NCBI GenBank assembly: GCA_036397755.1
Contig: DASWII010000009.1
Location: 22,233-86,232, forward strand
Length of the DNA: 64,000 bases
Source of the DNA: Gemmatimonadales bacterium
GTDB taxonomy: Bacteria > Gemmatimonadota > Gemmatimonadetes > Gemmatimonadales > GWC2-71-9
Direction: 5' to 3'
The position numbers and the translations under genes were made by a program. Under the pieces are notes generated by a model. It searched no databases. It was not told the DNA's origin and saw only the letters and a program-made list of their open reading frames with translations. Numbering within the stretch: the stretch's first letter is position 1; the number at the start of each line of letters is the position of its first letter. Shown in pieces: positions 35,217 through 44,376 of the stretch.

Positions 35217-36596
35217 ATGCTCCTGTTCACCCCCGAGGATCCTCGACCCATCCATTTCATGGGGGTAGCCGGCGCTGGAATGAGTGCGTTGGCGCTCATG
35301 GCCACGCGGCGAGGGCTGCGCGTAACCGGATGTGACACCCACCCCCAGGCGGCGGCCGACGTGTTGGAGGCCGGCGCCACGATCTTCGAGGGCCATTCAC
35401 AGGACCACGTGGAAGGAGCACGCGCCGTGGTGTATACGGCCGCCGTGCCACCTGAGCATCCGGAACTCGAAGCGGCCCGCCGGGCCGGGATCCCGGTCGT
35501 GCGCCGGGCCGATGCATTGGGATCGCTTGTGAACGGACGCACGCTCGTGGCCGTTGCGGGGACGCATGGCAAGACCACCACCACCGCCATGGTCACCGAG
35601 GCGTTTGTGGCGGCTGGCAGCGATCCGACGGCTCTTGTCGGAGGGCGCGTGGCGAGTTGGAACGGGAACGCGCGACTCGGTGGGAACGATCTATATGTGG
35701 TCGAGGCGGACGAGTTCGACCGAGCGTTCCTGTCGTTGCGGCCGACGGTTGCGATTGTGAACAACGTCGAGGCTGATCACCTCGAGTGCTACGGCTCACT
35801 CGAGCACCTGGAGGAAGCGTTCGTGACCTTCGCATCGCACGCGGAGCGAGTCCTCGTTGGTGCGGACGATCGCGGTGCGGTGCGGATTGGGGACGCGATT
35901 GGGAGTCGCGTATGGCGGGTTGGGACGAACCCCGCCGCGCAGGTCTGCGTATCGGGACTGCGTGCCACACCGCGCGGGACGAGGGCGCGAGCCCGTTTTC
36001 CCGATGGGGAGACGGTGAAGTTCGTCGTGGCCGTTCCCGGAGTGCACAACGTGCGTAACGCCGCCATGGCGCTTGCGGCAGCCCGCGCGCTGGACCTGGA
36101 CGTGACGTCCGCGGCCAAGGGCCTGGCCGCGTTCGGCGGGGTCGGGCGGAGGTTCGACGTGCTCGGCACGTTCCGCGGGGTCACGGTCGTGGATGATTAC
36201 GCCCACCATCCATCGGAGATCGCGGCGACGATCGGTGCGGCCCGGCAGCGGTATCCCAAAGGTCGCATCGTCGCGGTATTTCAGCCCCACCTCTACTCGC
36301 GCACCAAAGCTCTCGCGCAGCAGTTCGGCATCACGCTCTCGGTGGCGGACCACGTGGTGGTGACGGAGATCTACCCTGCTCGGGAGGCACCTGTACCCGG
36401 CGTTTCGGGGGAACAGGTTGCCGCGGCGGCACGTCAGGCGGGTGCAACCGTCGATTGGGTGCCCGACCGCGACGCGCTGGCCGCCCACGTGTTTGACCTG
36501 GTGATTGGTGGCGATGTGGTGGTCGTGATGGGAGCGGGAGACGTCACGGAGGTTGGCCACGCGCTGACCGCGCGGATGCGGGGAGCCGCCGCATGA
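35217..36596 (+). CDS. murC: UDP-N-acetylmuramate--L-alanine ligase
   Basis: 'IHFMGVAGAGMSALA', 'GTHGKTTTTAM' and 'DDYAHHPSEI'. Confidence 0.95.
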   Translation: MLLFTPEDPRPIHFMGVAGAGMSALALMATRRGLRVTGCDTHPQAAADVLEAGATIFEGHSQDHVEGARAVVYTAAVPPEHPELEAARRAGIPVVRRADALGSLVNGRTLVAVAGTHGKTTTTAMVTEAFVAAGSDPTALVGGRVASWNGNARLGGNDLYVVEADEFDRAFLSLRPTVAIVNNVEADHLECYGSLEHLEEAFVTFASHAERVLVGADDRGAVRIGDAIGSRVWRVGTNPAAQVCVSGLRATPRGTRARARFPDGETVKFVVAVPGVHNVRNAAMALAAARALDLDVTSAAKGLAAFGGVGRRFDVLGTFRGVTVVDDYAHHPSEIAATIGAARQRYPKGRIVAVFQPHLYSRTKALAQQFGITLSVADHVVVTEIYPAREAPVPGVSGEQVAAAARQAGATVDWVPDRDALAAHVFDLVIGGDVVVVMGAGDVTEVGHALTARMRGAAA

Positions 36597-37264
36597 CGCG
36601 ACGGCGCCGGGCATTCTGGTTTGCGGCGGCGTTGCTGGCTGGAGCCTTCACGGTTTACGGTATTCGGTTCGTTCCGTTCTTCGAGGTGCGACGGGTGGAG
36701 GTGCACGGGCTCCGGTATCTCGATCCGCTCGCGGTCGTCGAGTCCCTCGGCATCGAACCCAACCGGAACCTGTTTGCCCCGCTCGGTGCTCTGCAAGCGC
36801 GAGCGGTGGCGCTTCCCGGTGTCGCAAGTGCCGAGGTGCGGCGCAGGTTGCCGGGTACGCTGAGCTTCGTGATACGCGAGCGTGTCCCCGTGGCGCTGCT
36901 CGCCGGGGCCGACGGTCTCGTGCCGCTGGCCGCCGACGCCGCGACGCTGCCGTTCGACCCGCTCGTGAGCGGCTTGTCGCTGCCGCTGGTGGTGGTGGCC
37001 GATACGACCGTGCTGCGCGTCCTGTCGCTCGTGCGGGCGCTGGACTCCACGCTGTTCACGATGATCGACGCGGCGGAGCCAGCGGGTCGTGCGGTCGTGC
37101 TGACGGCGGGATCCCGCCGGGTGACGCTGCATGCCGACCTCGGATCGAGTGACTTCGTCGGTCTCCAGGCGGTACGACGCGACTTGACCGAGCGGGCCGA
37201 GTCGTTCGAGGAAATCGACACACGCTTCGACGGGTGGGTTGTGGTGCGACGGGAAGGCACATGA
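36593..37264 (+). CDS. ftsQ: cell division protein FtsQ (POTRA)
   Basis: N-terminal TM plus POTRA-like 'VRRVEVHGLRYLDPLAV'. It occupies the canonical position. ATGA overlap. Confidence 0.82.
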   Translation: MTRRRRAFWFAAALLAGAFTVYGIRFVPFFEVRRVEVHGLRYLDPLAVVESLGIEPNRNLFAPLGALQARAVALPGVASAEVRRRLPGTLSFVIRERVPVALLAGADGLVPLAADAATLPFDPLVSGLSLPLVVVADTTVLRVLSLVRALDSTLFTMIDAAEPAGRAVVLTAGSRRVTLHADLGSSDFVGLQAVRRDLTERAESFEEIDTRFDGWVVVRREGT

Positions 37265-38496
37265 AGCGCGGGGCGCTCATCGCGGGGCTCGACTTGGGAA
37301 GCACCAAGACGTGTGCCGTCATCGGTGAGGTGAGGGCCGAGACCGGTGACCTCAGGGTGCGGGTGCTGGGGGTCGGCACGGCGCGCGCGACGGGGGTCAA
37401 GCGCGGCCTCGTACGAGACATCGAGGAGACCACGCAGTCGGTGGTGCGGGCGATCCGGGACGCCGAGCGGATGGCGGGCGTGAAGGTCTCGGCCGTGTTC
37501 TGCGGCATCGCCGGCGATCACGTCCGCACGCAGATGTCCACTGGGCTGGCGTCGGTCACCGGGGACGAGATTCGTCGCCAGGATACGGATCGCGTCGACG
37601 ATGTCGCCCGGGCGGTCAGCTTGGGCGATGGATACGAACTCCTGCACTCGATTCCTCAGGAGTACAAGGTCGACAGCCAGCGGGGAATCAGTGATCCGGT
37701 GGGGATGACGGGGTTGCGCCTGGAGGTCGAGATGTGCTTGATCGCCACGCAGGCCCAGGCTGCCCAGAATCTCCGCAAGGCGGTGCAGCGTGGGGGCTAC
37801 GGGGTCGGTGAACTGGTGCTCGAGCCCCTTGCGGGGGCGCTTGCCGTGCTGACGGACGAGGAGCGCGAGCTCGGCTGCGCGTTGGTGGACCTGGGTGGTG
37901 GCTCCACGACGGTGGCCGTGTTCCACGACGGCAAGCTCCGGCATCTCGCGTCGCTGCCCTACGCCGGGTCTCACGTGACGAACGATCTCGTGCAAGGATT
38001 GGGGGTGACGCAGGCCGACGCGGAGCGTCTCAAGGAGCGTTGGGGGGTCGCCTACAACACGGAGAACGTGAATCCGGAGGAGCTGGTGGAGCTCCCGGCG
38101 CCCCCAGGTCACCAAGCGAGGCAGGCAAAACGGGAGCTTCTGACACATATTATACAGGAGCGCCTCGACGAGATCTTCGGTCTCGTCCTCGAACACGTAG
38201 AAGCAGCGGGATATGTCGGTCGCCTTCCGTCCGGTATCATCCTCACCGGCGGCGGTGCCCAGTTGACGAACATCGTGGAGCTTGGCCGCGAGGTATTCGC
38301 GATGCCGGTGCGTACTGGTGTGCCGGGACGCGGCATCACGGGGTTGGTGGACAGCGTCCAAGAGCCACGGTTCGCGGTGCCTGTAGGACTCGTGTTGTAC
38401 GGAGCTCGACGGCGGGCGCATGGCGAGCTGTTCGGTGGGACGGGTGCGGGACGGTGGGTTGCGCCGGTCAAGCGGTGGTTGCAGGATTTCTTCTAG
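37261..38496 (+). CDS. ftsA: cell division protein FtsA
   Basis: Actin-fold motifs 'GLDLGSTKTCAVIGE', 'VDLGGGSTTVAVF' and 'ILTGGGAQL'. ATGA overlap with ftsQ. Confidence 0.95.
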   Translation: MKRGALIAGLDLGSTKTCAVIGEVRAETGDLRVRVLGVGTARATGVKRGLVRDIEETTQSVVRAIRDAERMAGVKVSAVFCGIAGDHVRTQMSTGLASVTGDEIRRQDTDRVDDVARAVSLGDGYELLHSIPQEYKVDSQRGISDPVGMTGLRLEVEMCLIATQAQAAQNLRKAVQRGGYGVGELVLEPLAGALAVLTDEERELGCALVDLGGGSTTVAVFHDGKLRHLASLPYAGSHVTNDLVQGLGVTQADAERLKERWGVAYNTENVNPEELVELPAPPGHQARQAKRELLTHIIQERLDEIFGLVLEHVEAAGYVGRLPSGIILTGGGAQLTNIVELGREVFAMPVRTGVPGRGITGLVDSVQEPRFAVPVGLVLYGARRRAHGELFGGTGAGRWVAPVKRWLQDFF

Positions 38497-38515
38497 CGGA
38501 GCGTACGAGGGGGCC

Positions 38516-39676
38516 ATGGTCTTCGAGCTCGAAGAAGCGGTGTCACAGAGCGCACGCATGAGGGTGGTCGGCGTTGGCGGCGGTGGGGGCAACGCCGTCA
38601 ACCGCATGATCGCCGAACGGCTGAGCGGCGTCGAGTTCGTGTCGGTGAACACCGACGCGCAGGCACTCGTGCACAACAACGCGGACGTCAAGGTGCAGAT
38701 CGGCAAGCGGCTGACGCGCGGGCTCGGCGCGGGCGCGCGTCCCGAAATCGGCCGGCAGGCGATCGAAGAGAACCGCGACGACGTGCTGCGTGTACTCGAA
38801 GGATCCGACCTCGTATTCGTGACCTGTGGCATGGGCGGAGGGACGGGAACCGGGGCCGCACCCATCATCGCCCAGCTTGCACGGGACGTGGGCGCCCTGA
38901 CGGTCGGGATCGTGACCCGGCCGTTTCTCTTCGAGGGCCGCAAGCGGATGCGCCAGGCGGATATCGGAATCGCTGAACTGCGCAAGCAGGTCGACACGAT
39001 GATCATCGTGCCGAATGAGCGCTTGCTCGCCGTGGTGGGACGCGAAGTTCCGTTCCAAGACGCGTTGAAGAAGGCGGACGAAGTGTTGCTCCACGCCACG
39101 CAGGGCATCTCGACGCTGATCAGCGTGACCGGGTTGGTCAATGTCGACTTCGCCGATGTGCGGACGGTGATGCAGAATGGCGGATCGGCGCTCATGGGTA
39201 CGGGCGTCGGGCGTGGGGAGGACCGGGCGGTTGCCGCGGCCCAGCAGGCCATCGCCAGCCCGTTGCTCGACGACATCTCTATCGCGGGATCGACCGGTGT
39301 GCTCGTGAACATCGCCGGCGGTCAGGACCTCACCATGGGAGACGTGACCCAGGTGAGTGAGATCATCCACGAGGCCGCGGGTGATCAGGCCGAGATCATC
39401 TTCGGCACCGTGCATGACCCCGCGCTCGACGGCGAGATTCGCATCACCGTCATTGCGACCGGGTTCGACAAGCAGACGATGACCCATGAGAGTCCATTCG
39501 GGCGCTCGGCGGCCGCGGGGGTATTGCCGTTCCCCCAGCGCGCAGGTCGCGCGTCGGGGGCGGCCCGATCGTCCTCCACGACGGCCCCGCGGCCCGCCGC
39601 GCCCCCTAAGCCCGCTGAGCTTGCCGACATGCCTGAGATGGAGATCCCGACCTTCATCCGGCGCCAAATGGACTGA
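38516..39676 (+). CDS. ftsZ: cell division GTPase FtsZ
   Basis: 'VVGVGGGGGNAVNRM', 'GMGGGTGTGAAP' and 'NVDFADV'. GAGGGGG lies upstream of ATG 38516. Confidence 0.97.
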   Translation: MVFELEEAVSQSARMRVVGVGGGGGNAVNRMIAERLSGVEFVSVNTDAQALVHNNADVKVQIGKRLTRGLGAGARPEIGRQAIEENRDDVLRVLEGSDLVFVTCGMGGGTGTGAAPIIAQLARDVGALTVGIVTRPFLFEGRKRMRQADIGIAELRKQVDTMIIVPNERLLAVVGREVPFQDALKKADEVLLHATQGISTLISVTGLVNVDFADVRTVMQNGGSALMGTGVGRGEDRAVAAAQQAIASPLLDDISIAGSTGVLVNIAGGQDLTMGDVTQVSEIIHEAAGDQAEIIFGTVHDPALDGEIRITVIATGFDKQTMTHESPFGRSAAAGVLPFPQRAGRASGAARSSSTTAPRPAAPPKPAELADMPEMEIPTFIRRQMD

Positions 39677-40938
39677 TGGCGGGCCTCCGCGCGGCCCGTG
39701 TCGCGGCCGTCGCCGCGACCATGGTGGGAGCGTGGCTGGCGGCCCGCTCACTGTGGTTCAGCCAACGCATTCCCATTGCGCCACCGATCGTCGTGTCGCA
39801 AGCGTACGCGTTTCAGCTGGACACGCTGCGCCGCGACGAGACCCTGTCGCACCTGTTCGCCCGTCACGGCATCAGTGGACAGGATCTCCTTGATTTCCTC
39901 GGCACGGCCGAGGTGCTCGATCCTCGGCGTACCAGAGCCGGACAGGTCTTCGAGTTCCGCAGCCCGCTGTTCGCCGACCGCGCGGATCGCGTCCGGGTGC
40001 GACTCGGCGATGTGATCCTCCTGGCGTCCCGCGACAGCCTCGGCGCGTGGGATGCCGCTGCCGAGGAGGTCGTGTGGTCGCCACAGGTAGCGCGGGCGTC
40101 GGGTACGATTCAGTCGACGCTCGAAGCGACCGTGCGCCAGATGATCCCAGACTCGATGCTGCCGGAGCGCGAGCGCACACGATTGACGTTGAATATCGCG
40201 GACGGTGTGTTCGGCTGGGTAATCGATTTCACCCGCGACATCTATCCCGACGATCGGATCGCCGTCGTGTTCGAGCGGGAGGAATCCTCCGCCGGCGACG
40301 TACGCGTGGGGAGGGTGCTTGCGGTCCAGCTCGAGAGTCGCGGCCGTGCCAACCAGGCGTTTCTGCTCGAGGACGGTGCGGGACGTCAGTTCTACTACGA
40401 CGAGCAAGGGCAGTCCCTTCGCCGAGCCTTCCGTCGGTATCCCGTGGAATATGACAGAATCACGTCGGGGTTCTCTCGCCGGCGTCTGCATCCGGTGCTG
40501 CAGCGGTATCGCGCGCATCGGGGCGTCGACTTCTCCGCGCCGACCGGGACACCCATCTTGGCCACCGCCGACGGCACGGTGAGCCGCGCGGGGTCGTGGG
40601 GCACGTATGGCATCGCCGTGGGAATCCGTCACGCGCGCGGCGTCGAGACCCGGTACGCGCACATGAGCCGTGTGGCGCGTGGTATTCGGGCGGGCGTGCG
40701 CGTCGTGCAGGGCCAGGTGATCGGGTACTCGGGCATGACGGGACTCGCGAGTGGTCCGCACGTTCACTACGAGTTCCTCCAGAACGGGCGGCACGTGAAT
40801 CCGTCCACCGCCGTGCAGTACGGCATGGGGGATCCCGTGCCACGCGCTCGCCGAGACGAATTCGACGAGCTCCGCGACCGATACCTCGCCATGCTGACGA
40901 CGCCCGCGCAGGAAACGGCAGCCGCCGACGGCGACTGA
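39676..40938 (+). CDS. M23-family peptidoglycan endopeptidase (MepM/EnvC-like)
   Basis: 'HRGVDFSAPTGTPILATADGTV' and 'GPHVHYEF'. N-terminal TM. The ATG overlaps the ftsZ TGA (TGATG). Confidence 0.88.
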   Translation: MAGLRAARVAAVAATMVGAWLAARSLWFSQRIPIAPPIVVSQAYAFQLDTLRRDETLSHLFARHGISGQDLLDFLGTAEVLDPRRTRAGQVFEFRSPLFADRADRVRVRLGDVILLASRDSLGAWDAAAEEVVWSPQVARASGTIQSTLEATVRQMIPDSMLPERERTRLTLNIADGVFGWVIDFTRDIYPDDRIAVVFEREESSAGDVRVGRVLAVQLESRGRANQAFLLEDGAGRQFYYDEQGQSLRRAFRRYPVEYDRITSGFSRRRLHPVLQRYRAHRGVDFSAPTGTPILATADGTVSRAGSWGTYGIAVGIRHARGVETRYAHMSRVARGIRAGVRVVQGQVIGYSGMTGLASGPHVHYEFLQNGRHVNPSTAVQYGMGDPVPRARRDEFDELRDRYLAMLTTPAQETAAADGD

Positions 40939-40956
40939 CCCCCCGGGACCTTCTGG

Positions 40957-41646
40957 GTGGACCTCTTCCCCGCTCTTGACATCCAGCGCGGGCGTTTGGC
41001 GCGCGCGACGGACTCGCACGCGACGGATCCGATGGCGGCGGCGCAGGCGCTTGCCACCCAGGGTGCGGCATGGATTCACGTCGTCGATATGGACCGCGCG
41101 CTTCAGACCGGAGGTGACAACACCGATCTCGTGTGCCGCCTGTGTGCGATCGACGACGTCGCCGTCCAGGTCGGCGGGAACCCCATCGACCCTGAGCTCG
41201 TGGGTCGGTACGCCACGGCCGGAGCTCGGCGCGTGGTATTGGGTGCAGGTGTCGTGTGCGATCCGGATCGAGCGGCGGCCTGCCTCGCCGCCGTCGCGCG
41301 ACATCGCAGCGCCGTGGCCCTCGAGGTCCAGGATGGCCGGCTGATCTCGCGATCGGGGACGGACCTTCCGCTCACGCTGTCGGAAGCGATCGAAAACGTG
41401 ACGTCGCTGGGGATCCCGCGGGTCGTGTATCGACACCTGGGCCGTGACGGTCAACTCGGCGGTCTGGATCTCACCGGCGCCAGCGCCGTGCTCGGCGCCG
41501 GTGTTTCCGTGATCGTGGCCGGAGGGACGGCGACGCTGGACGAGCTGGCGCAGGCGCGGGCCATGGGGTTTGCCGGAGTCATCGTCGGTCGGGCGCTGCT
41601 GGATGGAGCGTTCACCCTGCGAGAGGCCCTCGCATGTTGTGGGTGA
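40957..41646 (+). CDS. hisA: HisA-like (beta/alpha)8 ProFAR isomerase family protein
   Basis: '[14 protein letters not shown]', 'VQVGGN', 'GRDGQLGG', and '[20 protein letters not shown]' (compare E. coli HisA '[20 protein letters not shown]', from memory). Confidence 0.72.
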   Translation: [229 protein letters not shown]

Positions 41647-43460
41647 TCGTGGCTGGGAGCGTTGGCGCCGTGGGCGCGTCCGTCGTGTACTACTGGCGCG
41701 AGCGGCTCGGTCGCGGCGCCACAGTACCCATTGCGCTGCGGACGCTTGCGCTTGCCGCGCTCGTGCTGCTCATCGTGAATCCCCGGATCACGACGCCGGT
41801 GGAAGGGGGAACGCCCCTGGTCCTCGTCGATGCCTCGCTGAGCATGGGCGTGGCCGGTGGGGCATGGAGCCGCGCGCTCGATACCGCGCGCGCGTTGACC
41901 CGCGACGGTGGTACGATCCGCCGGTTCGCCCCGGACGTGGCGCCCTGGGATTCCCAGCCGCCGCAGGGCGGCGTATCCCGCATAGATGCCGCGCTTGCCG
42001 CCGCTCACGCGGCTCGCGGGCCGACCGTCATCGTGACGGATGGCGAAATCGCGGATGCGCCCTCGGGTGGCCAGCCGTCGGGTGTGCGGCTCATCGTGCT
42101 GCCGCGCGACACGGTCGCCAATGCGGCTCTGGTGAGCGTTGAGGTTCCGACGCGTGCTATGCGTCGCGACACAGTGCAGTTGGTGGTATCAGTCGGCACG
42201 TGGGGTCCCATCGAGGCTCGGGAGGCGGTCCTCGAGGTGACGGGCGCTGCGCGGTTGTTGGCACGCCAACGGATCAGGCTCGCGCCGCCGCCCGGCATGG
42301 TGTCGGTGACCGTGCCCGTCGTGTTGCGGGAGGTCCCTGTAGGCGACCATGTGCTGCGAATTCGCGTGGTTGCTGCCGGAGATCGCGAACCGGCGGATGA
42401 CGAGCGGGTGCGCATCACGACGGTGACCGAGCAACCCGCGGTGGTCGTGCTGATCGACCCCGTCGATTGGGAGGGGCGGTTCCTGGCCGCGACGATTGCG
42501 GAGGTCGTCCAAGCGCCCGTTCTGGCGTTCGCCCGTGTGGCTTCGGAACGCTGGGTCGAACTCGCGAGCCAGCGGGCGGTCACCACCGAGCACGTTGCGA
42601 GCGCTGCCGCGCGCGCCGCCGCGGTCGTGATACGGGGTGGTGGGGGCATGCACGTCACCACGCCTCGGCGATGGATTTGGCCGGCGGGGACCGATGACGA
42701 TCCGGCCTTCAGCACCGGCGACTGGTATGTCGCGCCCGAGCTTCCCACGTCGCCGATCGCTGGAGCCCTGGCGCGGACGGGCTGGGCCAGCATGCCACCC
42801 GCGACAGGGTTGCAGTTCGGACCAACAGAGGATTCAATGGCCGCGGGATCCTGGGTGGCGCTGGAAGCGCGGCGGAGCCGTCGTGGCCCGGCGCGGCCGC
42901 TGTTGGTGCTCGCTGACTCGGCAGGTGCCCGGCGGCTCACGACGCGGGCCACCGGATTGTGGCGTTGGGCGCTGCGGGGTGGCGCGGCTCTCGAAGCGTA
43001 TCGCACACTCGTGGCGGCCGGTGCCGACTGGCTGCTGGCCGACGGGCCCCTCGAGCGGGACGCGCCGCTCTCAGCGGACCCGGTCACACCCCGCGGCGTT
43101 CCGGTCCTATTCGCGTGGCACGGTACCGTCCGGCCCGACTCGTTGCTCCTACATTTTGCGTGGGGGGATACGGCCTTTCAACGAACCGTGCGATTCGACG
43201 CAGCGTCTCGGGCGCTCGTCCCGCTCGATACGGGGGTATACCGGTGGGAGGCGCCGCAGTACGCAGCGTCGGGGACGCTGGCGGTCGAGCCGTTCTCGCC
43301 GGAGTTCCTGCCGGGCCACACGACGCTGCGGTCCGACGATGGCACACCGCTGGAACGCGGGACGGAGATCCCCGCCCGTGCGCGATGGGGATGGTTCTTG
43401 CTCGCCGGAGGTGCGTTGGTGGGTGAATGGGCGTGGCGCAAGCGTCACGGCTTGTCGTGA
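41634..43460 (+). CDS. membrane protein with BatA-like N-terminus and a possible vWA (DxSxS) module
   Basis: Two N-terminal TM helices, 'LVLVDASLSM' (DxSxS), 'VIVTDGEIAD', and a C-terminal TM 'WGWFLLAGGALVGEWAW'. Confidence 0.5.
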   Translation: MLWVIVAGSVGAVGASVVYYWRERLGRGATVPIALRTLALAALVLLIVNPRITTPVEGGTPLVLVDASLSMGVAGGAWSRALDTARALTRDGGTIRRFAPDVAPWDSQPPQGGVSRIDAALAAAHAARGPTVIVTDGEIADAPSGGQPSGVRLIVLPRDTVANAALVSVEVPTRAMRRDTVQLVVSVGTWGPIEAREAVLEVTGAARLLARQRIRLAPPPGMVSVTVPVVLREVPVGDHVLRIRVVAAGDREPADDERVRITTVTEQPAVVVLIDPVDWEGRFLAATIAEVVQAPVLAFARVASERWVELASQRAVTTEHVASAAARAAAVVIRGGGGMHVTTPRRWIWPAGTDDDPAFSTGDWYVAPELPTSPIAGALARTGWASMPPATGLQFGPTEDSMAAGSWVALEARRSRRGPARPLLVLADSAGARRLTTRATGLWRWALRGGAALEAYRTLVAAGADWLLADGPLERDAPLSADPVTPRGVPVLFAWHGTVRPDSLLLHFAWGDTAFQRTVRFDAASRALVPLDTGVYRWEAPQYAASGTLAVEPFSPEFLPGHTTLRSDDGTPLERGTEIPARARWGWFLLAGGALVGEWAWRKRHGLS

Positions 43461-43464
43461 GAGC

Positions 43465-44376
43465 GTGACGTTGCAGCGTGGACTCTGGGGTCGGCTCAAG
43501 CGTGTCGCCTTTACCGACGTGCGGGTGCTCATGCGAGGAGTGGACGAGCGCGCGCTCGGGCAGGTCGAGCGCGTGCTTGTGGAGGCCGATTTTGGGTCGG
43601 TCGCTCTCGAACTGACGGAACGGCTGGAAGACGAGTTGCGGCGGCGTCGCTTGCGCTCTGAAATGGCGCTCCGTGACTGGCTCGAAGCAACCCTGCTCGA
43701 GTACCTCGCGGACGCGAGCGACGGCCGGGGGGCGGGCGAGTTGCGGCTCGGGCAGGGTGACGGCCCGGGCGTGCTGCTCCTTTTCGGAGTGAACGGTGTG
43801 GGCAAGACGACGACCGTCGCCAAGATCGCGGCGAAGCTCCAGGCGGAGGGAACGTCGGTGGCCCTGGCCGCGGCGGATACCTACCGCGCCGGAGCGGCGG
43901 AGCAGCTCGCCCAGTGGGCGGCCCGCCTTGGGGTGCCGTGCTTCACCGGCAGTGCCGGCGCCGATCCCGCCGCCGTGACGTTCGACGCGATCGAAGCAGT
44001 GCGTGCGCGAGGTACCGACGCGGTGATCGTCGATACGGCTGGTCGCCTGCATACGCACGGCGATCTGATGGACGAACTGCGCAAGGTGGTCCGGGTCGCG
44101 GCGCGGCGGAGCGCCGGCGCGCCGCACGAGAGTCTCCTGGTCCTCGACGGAACGGTGGGCCAGAACGCGTTGCAGCAAGGCAAGATGTTCGCGGCGGCGG
44201 TGCCGATCACGGGGATCGTCGTGACCAAGCTCGACGGAACAGCCAAGGGGGGGGCCGTCGTGCGCTTACGCCGCGAGCTGGCGTTACCGATTCGGTTTGT
44301 CGGCACCGGAGAGCAGGTGGGCGACCTGGAGCCGTTCGACTCGCGGGCGTTCGTGCGCACGTTGCTGGGCGACTGA
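43465..44376 (+). CDS. ftsY: signal recognition particle receptor FtsY (short; NG domain only)
   Basis: 'LLFGVNGVGKTTTVAKIA', 'DTAGRLH' and 'TKLDGTAKGG'. GTG 43465 is chosen just after the upstream stop. I discard the long upstream extension in the ORF track. Confidence 0.92.
   Translation: MTLQRGLWGRLKRVAFTDVRVLMRGVDERALGQVERVLVEADFGSVALELTERLEDELRRRRLRSEMALRDWLEATLLEYLADASDGRGAGELRLGQGDGPGVLLLFGVNGVGKTTTVAKIAAKLQAEGTSVALAAADTYRAGAAEQLAQWAARLGVPCFTGSAGADPAAVTFDAIEAVRARGTDAVIVDTAGRLHTHGDLMDELRKVVRVAARRSAGAPHESLLVLDGTVGQNALQQGKMFAAAVPITGIVVTKLDGTAKGGAVVRLRRELALPIRFVGTGEQVGDLEPFDSRAFVRTLLGD

Noticed and set aside
36655-39312. 885-aa minus-strand ORF spanning ftsQ, ftsA and ftsZ in antisense
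   Set aside because: It crosses three well-supported genes and has an Arg/Ser/Pro/Thr-rich nonsense-like composition. It is a GC artefact.
39748-41454. 568-aa minus-strand ORF antisense to the M23 peptidase and hisA-like genes
   Set aside because: It is a shadow ORF with no motifs. The + strand genes carry diagnostic catalytic motifs.
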